Source of the DNA: Bacteroidota bacterium
GTDB lineage: Bacteria > Bacteroidota > Bacteroidia > UKL13-3
Direction of reading: 5' to 3'
NCBI GenBank assembly: GCA_027482225.1
Contig: JAIXWD010000016.1
Coordinates: 142,050-206,049, forward strand
DNA length: 64,000 nt
In this document: positions 18,325 through 26,024 of the stretch, piece by piece
Layout: each line of letters starts with the position of its first letter
Numbering within the stretch: position 1 is the first letter of the stretch
Translations under genes and position numbers: made by a program
Notes under the pieces: generated by a model
Told to the model about the DNA's origin: nothing
Databases searched by the model: none
What the model saw: only the letters and a program-made list of their open reading frames with translations

Positions 18325-19457
18325 AAATTAAAACTCTTGTTTTAACTTTAGTTTTGTTTTGTGCATCAACATGCATAGATGTGCAATCACAATCATTATT
18401 TGATAAGAGTACAATAACTGCCCATTCATCTTTAGGTAGAAATTACATCATTAATAATGAATTAGGTAATCCGGGAATGACTTGGACATTGGGCACCTTA
18501 TTTAATTTGGCTAATGTAGTTACTTTAGGATCTAATTACGCTGTGGGGAGTTCTAGCGGTGTAGAAGCTGAGGGAAGTTACAGAAATTCATTTAGAATTT
18601 ATGATGTTGATATTGGGTATATTAAAACATTTAAAAATGCAAAAAGCAACATAATAAATAAGTCATCACTTTCTATTTGTGGTGGTGTTGCACTTTTTCA
18701 TACTAATATTAATTCTTGGAGTGTTAAAAAGGGACTTGCAATATACGATATGTCTTTTTTCTCCTATAAGTTAGGAGCTGGCTACTCTTATAAATTAAAC
18801 GAATTATTAACAGCTAAGGCCAATGTTTCATATTATTTAACATTAACTAATTTATTAGATGGTTTAAACACTGGTAGTAAAGATGATTTACTGGTTTTTT
18901 CGTTAGGCCTTGGTTATAATATAAATGCTTTTGATGCGAGAAAGGAAAGATTACTCCTTTACAATGCGATTCAAGAAAACATAACTATAAACAACAAATT
19001 GTTAATGGAGATTGCAAAAATTGATGGTCAAAGTAAACAAGGAATTAAGAATAATGAATCTCAAAATGGATTAGTAAATGTTAAATCGGATTCAATCTTT
19101 AAAGACAAAGCAGTTAACAATTCAGATTCTTTAAAAATACCTTTAAGTTACACACTTGAAAATGCACCAGAAAAAAATAACGATTCAGTTAAGTATACTA
19201 TAAAGTACCCCCGACATAAATACAATGTAGTATTCGGAGGCTTTTTTAGCATAAAAAATGCACTTTCTGAAGTTGCAAAGATGAAGAAATCTGGTATTAA
19301 TGCTGAGCCCTATTGGAAAGGAGATAAAAGTAAACTGGTGTTTTTAGTTGTTTTCTCTAGTAATGATTATCAGGAAGCCCAAGAGAAGGTTAGATCTTTT
19401 AGGAAAAAGGGATACACTGATGTATGGTTATATACATCTAATTCAACCAAAAAATAA
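18321..19457 (+). CDS. Outer-membrane beta-barrel protein fused to a C-terminal SPOR (septal peptidoglycan-binding) domain
   Basis: It has a signal peptide. The N-terminal ~200 aa show alternating amphipathic beta-strand character with Y/G-rich turns, as in OMP beta-barrels. The C-terminal ~75 aa (YNVVFGGFFSIKNALSEVAKMKKSGINAEPYWKGDKSKLVFLVVFSSNDYQEAQEKVRSFRKKGYTDVWLY) fit the SPOR pattern. Its start overlaps the upstream gene by 4 bp (ATGA). Confidence 0.55.
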   Translation: MKIKTLVLTLVLFCASTCIDVQSQSLFDKSTITAHSSLGRNYIINNELGNPGMTWTLGTLFNLANVVTLGSNYAVGSSSGVEAEGSYRNSFRIYDVDIGYIKTFKNAKSNIINKSSLSICGGVALFHTNINSWSVKKGLAIYDMSFFSYKLGAGYSYKLNELLTAKANVSYYLTLTNLLDGLNTGSKDDLLVFSLGLGYNINAFDARKERLLLYNAIQENITINNKLLMEIAKIDGQSKQGIKNNESQNGLVNVKSDSIFKDKAVNNSDSLKIPLSYTLENAPEKNNDSVKYTIKYPRHKYNVVFGGFFSIKNALSEVAKMKKSGINAEPYWKGDKSKLVFLVVFSSNDYQEAQEKVRSFRKKGYTDVWLYTSNSTKK

Positions 19458-19463
19458 TTTTAA

Positions 19464-20177
19464 ATGAATATTCAAAATCAATCAGAATTTGATTCGAGGT
19501 ATGATTTATTCTTACATGCTGCTCACGAATTAAACACTCCTTTAACGTCTTTAGTAATGGCAACCTTTTTATTAAAGAACGATAAGACGAATTTTGAAAG
19601 TAGGCAAAAATTTTTAAATAGCGTAAATGTTATTGAACGTTCTTGTGATAGACTTCAACGAACCATAAATAATGTAATTCTTTATCATCGATTACAACAA
19701 CCTAATTTCCCAGTATACGATCAAAAGTTAGTAGAGGTGCTTTTTCTTATAAGAGAATGCGCAGAAAAAATATCAAATCAACAAGGTAGAACTGGTGATA
19801 TTGTTTTTAATTTTTCTTTAGATTCTGATGTTGGGTTGTTAATTCCACGTGAATATTTTATGGTAATGATTAATGAGTTAATTCATAATGCATTTAGCTT
19901 TTCTGAAGTTGGATCAAAAGTTATAATCAATTATAGACTATCAAATAAATTTGGTGTTTTTTCTATTACCGATTTTGGCATTGGTATGGGAAAAGAAGAG
20001 GTATCGGCAATAGGTGCTTATACTCAATTTAACAGAGGAATATTGGAACAACAAGGCTTAGGGTTAGGGTTAACTTTAGTGAAACAATTAACGGATAAAC
20101 ATTTTGGTGAGTTAAAGATTAACTCTAGTAAAGGAAAAGGTACAACCGTTCAGTTATGTATTCCTTTGTATTGTTAA
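19464..20177 (+). CDS. Minimal cytoplasmic histidine kinase with HisKA H-box and HATPase_c, lacking sensor and transmembrane domains
   Basis: The H-box (HELNTPLTSL) begins at residue ~21. The N box is NELIHNAF, G1 is DFGIGMG and G2 is GLGLGLTLV. It has no hydrophobic segments. An in-frame stop immediately upstream precludes a longer N-terminus. Confidence 0.75.
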   Translation: MNIQNQSEFDSRYDLFLHAAHELNTPLTSLVMATFLLKNDKTNFESRQKFLNSVNVIERSCDRLQRTINNVILYHRLQQPNFPVYDQKLVEVLFLIRECAEKISNQQGRTGDIVFNFSLDSDVGLLIPREYFMVMINELIHNAFSFSEVGSKVIINYRLSNKFGVFSITDFGIGMGKEEVSAIGAYTQFNRGILEQQGLGLGLTLVKQLTDKHFGELKINSSKGKGTTVQLCIPLYC

Positions 20178-20210
20178 ATATTGATTACATTAATTGTATA
20201 AGTTTTCAAT

Positions 20211-20237
20211 TTTATTTCTATTTCTATTTCTATTTAA
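20211..20237. repeat. Hexanucleotide microsatellite (ATTTCT)x3-4
   Basis: Read directly from the intergenic sequence ttttatttctatttctatttctattt. Confidence 0.5.
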
Positions 20238-20397
20238 AAGAAGGTTATTCATTGAATCATCAATAAATGGTGAGAGGAAATTGGTTATATCCCACCATTT
20301 ACAAATCAAAAATTTTTTTGTGCAGAAAGTTTGTTTAGGTAAAATGTATTTAGCAGTTAATTATTATACAAAAATTAATGCTTGTGTAACATATTTT

Positions 20398-20766
20398 TTA
20401 TCTGCTTAATCCATATTTATCTATAAACGGAAGATTGAATGAATTGCTTTTGGCGCGGTAAATAACCTCACAATTGTTTATTTTATTGCAAATTGCATCA
20501 ACAGGTCCCCATGCATAATTACAGGTGCCTATTTTATCTCCAGATTCATTATATACCACAGTACCTCCATCGTAAACTAATTGACTAAGGCAATATACTT
20601 TTTGGTTGTTGAGAGTACATTCTGAAATTTCTCCGTTAGGGTTTTGCTTATATAGCATATTTACTACCTGATGTTGTAAAGGTTCATCTTTTTTACAACC
20701 GCTGTTGATTAGTATGAATAAGCTTGAATATAGTATAAGGTACTTCATCTTAGTTAATAGATTCAT
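20398..20766 (-). CDS. Small hypothetical lipoprotein
   Basis: It has a signal peptide with a lipobox-like LINSGC. It is 122 aa and Cys-containing. Confidence 0.45.
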   Translation of the reverse strand: MNLLTKMKYLILYSSLFILINSGCKKDEPLQHQVVNMLYKQNPNGEISECTLNNQKVYCLSQLVYDGGTVVYNESGDKIGTCNYAWGPVDAICNKINNCEVIYRAKSNSFNLPFIDKYGLSR

Positions 20767-20910
20767 TTAAGTTTTAAAAATCTGTTTTTCAATACGAATT
20801 TAGGAATAAATTCTAAGTTGATAAATATCAATTTACTTCATACTTTTTACTGCTTAACTTTCAAAAAAAACAACAATAAAACAGAAAAGTGTTTTACACA
20901 CACCAAACAA

Positions 20911-20953
20911 AAAAGTCATCCCTATGCCGCATAATTGGTATGAGATGACTTTT
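20911..20953 (-). terminator. Hairpin (AAAAGTCATC ... GATGACTTTT) 3' of the transketolase C-terminal-subunit gene
   Basis: 10-bp inverted repeat flanked by A/T runs, about 20 nt downstream of the minus-strand gene end at 20974. Confidence 0.45.
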
Positions 20954-20973
20954 AATAATATTATTAATGCTAT

Positions 20974-21927
20974 TTATTTTCTTTTGATAACACGCTCAAC
21001 TGCAGCTACAATATGTGCTGCATCTAACCCGTATTCTTTCATTAATTCATCAGGGGTTCCGCTTTGTCCGAAGCTATCATTTACAGCTACCATTTCTAAT
21101 GGAGTTGGTAATTCTCGAGCCAGTAATTGGCAAATGCTATCACCCAAACCACCGTTCATTTGGTGTTCTTCGGCAGTAACTACTGCGCGGGTTTTACGAA
21201 CACTATTTAATATGGCCTGAGCATCTAATGGTTTAATGGTGTGTATATTTATTAGCTCTACACTAATTCCCTTTTCGGCAAGTATATGACCTGCTTCAAT
21301 GGCTTGCCACACTAAGTGTCCTGTGGCGAAAATAGTTACGTCTGTTCCCTCATTTAACATTAATGCTTTACCAATTTCAAACTTATCTGTAGCACTAGTA
21401 AAGTTAGGCACAGCCGGACGTCCAAAACGTAAGTAAACTGGGTTTTCGTAATCTGCAATAGCAATAGTTGCAGCTTTGGTCTGGTTGTAATCACATGGGT
21501 TAATTACAGTCATATTTGGTAACATTTTCATTAACCCAATATCTTCTAAAATTTGGTGTGTTGCACCATCTTCGCCAAGAGTAACCCCCGCATGTGAAGC
21601 ACAAATTTTAACATTTTTATTGGAGTAAGCTACACTCTGACGAATTTGATCATATACGCGGCCTGTACTGAAATTAGCAAATGTTCCTGTAAACGGAATT
21701 TTACCACCAATGGCCAAGCCTGCTGCTAGTCCAATCATATTGGCTTCAGCAATACCTACTTGATAAAAACGTTCAGGATGTTCTTTCTGAAAAGCATCCA
21801 TTTTAAGAGAGCCTGTTAAATCTGCACAAAGTGCTACTACATTAGGGTTAGTTTTACCTAACTCGCTTAGGCCCGCTCCAAAACCCGAACGGGTGTCTTT
21901 TATGTTTTGTACTTCAAACTTTTTCAT
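20974..21927 (-). CDS. Transketolase, C-terminal (pyrimidine-binding) subunit of the split transketolase
   Basis: There is strong family similarity (GIAEANMIGLAAGLAIGGKIPFTGTFANF; split-transketolase C-terminal half). Confidence 0.85.
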   Translation of the reverse strand: MKKFEVQNIKDTRSGFGAGLSELGKTNPNVVALCADLTGSLKMDAFQKEHPERFYQVGIAEANMIGLAAGLAIGGKIPFTGTFANFSTGRVYDQIRQSVAYSNKNVKICASHAGVTLGEDGATHQILEDIGLMKMLPNMTVINPCDYNQTKAATIAIADYENPVYLRFGRPAVPNFTSATDKFEIGKALMLNEGTDVTIFATGHLVWQAIEAGHILAEKGISVELINIHTIKPLDAQAILNSVRKTRAVVTAEEHQMNGGLGDSICQLLARELPTPLEMVAVNDSFGQSGTPDELMKEYGLDAAHIVAAVERVIKRK

Positions 21928-21978
21928 GTATCAAATAATATTCTTTTTTTATTGTGTTGAATACTTTTTTGTATTCTT

Positions 21979-23364
21979 TTAATTTAAAGTGAAATTAGTT
22001 GCAGCCCCCGAAGTAATGTTAAACTCTCTTTCGAATGTTTGATTACTACGTGTGGAATTTTTAGCACGGTAAATAATTTTGTATTTACCAGGTTGCATAA
22101 TGATGTTATGTATTTTATTTTCTTGCGGCAAACGTGCAAGCCAAACAATTTCGTTACGGTTCATTTGGTATATATCTGCAATATACTGTTGTGTAAATGC
22201 TGATATATTTAGCCTTCCTGGCTGAGCCATTTCTATTGTAGTAGTGGTGTTTTGATCTACGCTCACATCTTTAAATATTTGTCGAGGTAGTGTTAATAAT
22301 TCTAAATCGTATTTTCCTACTAAATATTTTTCTGGGGTATTAGCATTTTGCACATGTAGCGTTTGCATACTTCCTTTTTTACGAATAATACATTTTAAAT
22401 CGTTGTAGTTGGTAACACCTGATATTTTTATGTTTAAAAATCCTTGTGGTGCATCACAGGCAATTATATTGTGTCGTCCAGCAGTGATTTCAATATCGCT
22501 TTTTTCAACTGGTGGAATAGTATTTACCACCATGCGATATTTGTATATTGGGTCTAATAATACAGTATCTGGTATTCCACGTTCGTTCATGGTATGAATG
22601 TAGTTGTACACCAGCTGGTTGCTATGCATATCGTAAAAACTCATGTTTACATTGGTTTCTGTTGGTTTAGCATTTACATCAAGCAAATTAACTTGTACTG
22701 TTGTACTATTTAATGCTTGAGTTATTACTACATTTAACACATTATTAAAACTCTCTTCTGTATTGGCATCATAATATCTGCCTACACATTCAAAAGCTTT
22801 TCTAAAATCTTCGGTACTACCTAAGCCAATTATAAATGGGCGTAAAACCACGCCTTGACTTTGTAATGCTTCTGATACTGCACAAGGGTCTCCATCACAT
22901 TCTTCTATACCATCCGTAATTAAAATAATGATGTTTCTAACACCAGGTTCTTTTGGGAAATCGTAAGCAGATTGCTGTAAAGAATAAGCAATTAATGTGG
23001 TTCCTTTTGGTACTACATCTTTAAGTTTATCTTTTATTTGTTTGTGGTTATTGTATTTAAAAGGAACCTCTAGTTTTGTGTCTTTACAATTTCGCTGCCC
23101 CGGAGAAGTGGTGTGTCCGTATACTCTTAACGCTACTTGTACATCTTTTGCACTCTCTAAACTATCAACAATTTTAGCCAATAATCTTTTGGCTACATTT
23201 ATACGGATGTCTTTATCCATTGCAGCATACATACTTCCGCTTCCATCAAGCAGAAATAAAATACGTGTTTTCGGTTTGGTATAACCTTGGGCACTTACAT
23301 TAAAGTGTATGCCTAAAATCAACCCAACCAAAACAACAAAAAATGTAAGCGATTTAAACTGCAT
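21979..23364 (-). CDS. Secreted von Willebrand factor type A (vWA) domain protein
   Basis: It has a signal peptide and a MIDAS motif (LLDGSGSM ... TDG). The ~250-aa C-terminal region has no recognised motif. Confidence 0.7.
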   Translation of the reverse strand: MQFKSLTFFVVLVGLILGIHFNVSAQGYTKPKTRILFLLDGSGSMYAAMDKDIRINVAKRLLAKIVDSLESAKDVQVALRVYGHTTSPGQRNCKDTKLEVPFKYNNHKQIKDKLKDVVPKGTTLIAYSLQQSAYDFPKEPGVRNIIILITDGIEECDGDPCAVSEALQSQGVVLRPFIIGLGSTEDFRKAFECVGRYYDANTEESFNNVLNVVITQALNSTTVQVNLLDVNAKPTETNVNMSFYDMHSNQLVYNYIHTMNERGIPDTVLLDPIYKYRMVVNTIPPVEKSDIEITAGRHNIIACDAPQGFLNIKISGVTNYNDLKCIIRKKGSMQTLHVQNANTPEKYLVGKYDLELLTLPRQIFKDVSVDQNTTTTIEMAQPGRLNISAFTQQYIADIYQMNRNEIVWLARLPQENKIHNIIMQPGKYKIIYRAKNSTRSNQTFEREFNITSGAATNFTLN

Positions 23365-23382
23365 GGAATAAATAATTGTACT

Positions 23383-24228
23383 TTAGTAATCAGCTAATGT
23401 TGTTGGAAGTTGTGCCAATGCATTTTCTAGATCGCTGTCGCTTGGTGCAATACCATGCCATTTGTGCGAACCCACCATAAAGTCAATGGGATATCCCATT
23501 TCTGTTTTCATGATGATAAATATTGGTTTACCATTACCTGCTGCATTTTTTGCTTTGGCCATGGTTTCAATGATGTTTTGCATGTTATGTCCATCCATGT
23601 GCAAAATTTCCCAACCAAATGCCATCAGTTTGTCCTTGATATCACCACCTAAGCCTAAAACTTCCATGGTGCTGCCATCTATTTGTTGTCCATTGTAGTC
23701 AACCGTTACTATTAAATTGTCTACTTTATGATGAGCAGCAAACATAAATGCCTCCCAATTTTGGCCTTCTTGTAGTTCACCATCACCCATTAAAACATAA
23801 ACTAAGTTTTTATCGCCCTCTAGTTTTTTAGCTAATGCAGTGCCTGCTGCAACAGATACACCTTGACCAAGAGAGCCCGATGCGATACGCACACCAGGTA
23901 AATGTTCAGCGGTTGCAGGATGACCTTGTAAACGAGAGTGTAATTTTCTAAAAGTTTTTAATTCTTCAACAGGGAAGTAACCCGAACGGGCCAGAACGCT
24001 ATAAAATAATGGCGAAATATGTCCGTTTGAAAGAAAAAATACGTCTTCATTTTTTCCATTCATGTTAAATTTAGGGTCGTGGTTTAGTACATTAAAATAA
24101 AGTGCTGTTAAAAAATCAGCACAACCTAATGATCCGCCTGGATGTCCGCTTTTTGCGCCATGTACCATGCGCAGAATGTCTCTTCTTACCTGGGATGCAG
24201 TTTGTTCTAGCGTTCTAATATCAGTCAT
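23383..24228 (-). CDS. Transketolase, N-terminal (TPP-binding) subunit
   Basis: The TPP-binding N-terminal half (GHPGGSLGCADFLTALYF; GDGELQEGQNWEAFMFAAHHKVDNLIV) is recognisable. The start was chosen at MTDIRTLEQ (ATG at 24228) rather than at the longer upstream ORF beginning at 24339. Confidence 0.8.
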   Translation of the reverse strand: MTDIRTLEQTASQVRRDILRMVHGAKSGHPGGSLGCADFLTALYFNVLNHDPKFNMNGKNEDVFFLSNGHISPLFYSVLARSGYFPVEELKTFRKLHSRLQGHPATAEHLPGVRIASGSLGQGVSVAAGTALAKKLEGDKNLVYVLMGDGELQEGQNWEAFMFAAHHKVDNLIVTVDYNGQQIDGSTMEVLGLGGDIKDKLMAFGWEILHMDGHNMQNIIETMAKAKNAAGNGKPIFIIMKTEMGYPIDFMVGSHKWHGIAPSDSDLENALAQLPTTLADY

Positions 24229-24434
24229 TGTATACTTTTTATTTATTTTTTTATCCTGTTTTAGTTTTATGATACTGATAAACAGTAATATAAAGCTTTG
24301 TGTGCACCTATTATTTACATCAAAAGTAACACTTACCACTCTTTTTTATCATTTTTGTTGCTAACATTTTAGCTACATCGTTTATTGCCTATATTTTAAT
24401 GGTGATGCGTTTTAGGATAAAAACCTAACCAATT

Positions 24435-25994
24435 ATGATTAAACAAATTGAAATTGCTTTGCTTCCAGAGCAATGCTTTGATGAAATAACCACATTAGAT
24501 TTCATCAAAAGAAATTCGGGGATTAGTGATATTAATGGAATTCGTGTTTTGCGCAAATCTTTGGATGCCCGAAAAAGACCTATACATTATAATTTATTGG
24601 TTGATTTATATATAGAGGAGCAAGTTGCCGAGCGTGATTTAAACTTTGATTTTAAAAATGTAGCTCATGCACCTCATGTTGTTATTGTTGGTGCTGGTCC
24701 AGCAGGTTTTTTTGCAGCCTTAAAATTGATAGAGCAAGGCATAAAGCCAATTGTTTTTGAACGAGGTAAAGATGTGCGTGAACGCAGGCGAGACCTAGCT
24801 TTAATAACCAGGCACAATACAGTTAATCCCGAAAGTAATTATTGTTTTGGTGAAGGCGGTGCTGGAACTTATAGTGATGGTAAATTGTATACCCGAAGTA
24901 CCAAAAGAGGTGATGTTAAGCGTATTTTAGAGTTATTCGTAAAACATGGAGCGGATGAATGCATATTATATGAAGCACATCCTCACATTGGTACCAATAA
25001 GTTACCCAATATCATCACAGCAATAAGGAATACCATTTTGCATTTTGGTGGCGAAGTACACTTTAACTCAAAACTAACGGATATGGTTATAAAAGATAAT
25101 GCCATAGCCGGAGTTGTTATTAACCAAAATCAAACAGTAGAAACCAAACATGTAATATTGGCTACTGGCCACAGTGCACGAGACATATTTGAGTTACTCA
25201 ATAAGAAAAATATTTTAATTGAAGCTAAACCATTTGCTTTAGGTGTTCGCATCGAACATCCGCAAGCATTAATTGATAGCATTCAATACAAATGTGATAA
25301 CCGTGGCGCCTTTTTACCTGCTGCCAGTTACAGTATAGTAAATCAAAGTTTAGGACATGGTGTATTTAGTTTTTGTATGTGTCCTGGAGGGATTATTGCA
25401 CCGGCAGCTACTGCACCTGGAGAAATTGTTGTAAACGGATGGAGTCCAAGTAAACGAAATAATGCTTTCGCCAATTCGGGTTTAGTGGTAAGTATTGATT
25501 CCAAAGATTTTGGGAAGTACAATGATTACGGACCTTTGGCTGCGTTAAAATTTCAGCAAAGTGTGGAACAAAATTGTTTTTCGGTAACCCAAAGTATGCA
25601 AGCACCCGCTCAACGGGTGTTAGATTTTGTAAATCAAAAGTACTCCAACCAATTGCCCGATTGTAGTTATATACCAGGACTACAATCTCATCATTTGGAT
25701 GATGTATTGCCAACTTTCGTTGCGGCAAGTTTACGTGATGCTTTGCAAGCTTTTGGTAAGAAATTAAAAGGTTACGTGAGTAATGATGCAATTATGGTTG
25801 CTACAGAAAGTCGTACTTCCAGTCCGGTGCGCATACCCCGTGAAAAAGAAACCATGGAACATCCACAAATAAAAGGTTTAATACCATGCGCAGAAGGAGC
25901 TGGATATGCCGGTGGAATTATAAGTGCAGCTATTGATGGTGAGAATTGTGCAATGGCTGTTGTTAAAAATCTTAAATACTTTAATCGTGTTTAA
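24435..25994 (+). CDS. NAD(P)/FAD-dependent oxidoreductase, an uncharacterised COG2509-type FAD-dependent dehydrogenase
   Basis: It has a Rossmann motif (VVIVGAGPAGFFAAL) and a conserved COG2509-like architecture. Confidence 0.65.
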   Translation: MIKQIEIALLPEQCFDEITTLDFIKRNSGISDINGIRVLRKSLDARKRPIHYNLLVDLYIEEQVAERDLNFDFKNVAHAPHVVIVGAGPAGFFAALKLIEQGIKPIVFERGKDVRERRRDLALITRHNTVNPESNYCFGEGGAGTYSDGKLYTRSTKRGDVKRILELFVKHGADECILYEAHPHIGTNKLPNIITAIRNTILHFGGEVHFNSKLTDMVIKDNAIAGVVINQNQTVETKHVILATGHSARDIFELLNKKNILIEAKPFALGVRIEHPQALIDSIQYKCDNRGAFLPAASYSIVNQSLGHGVFSFCMCPGGIIAPAATAPGEIVVNGWSPSKRNNAFANSGLVVSIDSKDFGKYNDYGPLAALKFQQSVEQNCFSVTQSMQAPAQRVLDFVNQKYSNQLPDCSYIPGLQSHHLDDVLPTFVAASLRDALQAFGKKLKGYVSNDAIMVATESRTSSPVRIPREKETMEHPQIKGLIPCAEGAGYAGGIISAAIDGENCAMAVVKNLKYFNRV

Positions 25995-26024
25995 TCGAAG
26001 GTTGGGTATAAATTTGTAGTTCGA

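Noticed and set aside
20194-20409. 71-aa ORF (MYKFSILFLFLFLFK...)
   Set aside because: The FLFLFL stretch is simply the translation of the (ATTTCT)n microsatellite. There is no start context or domain, and the region is intergenic.
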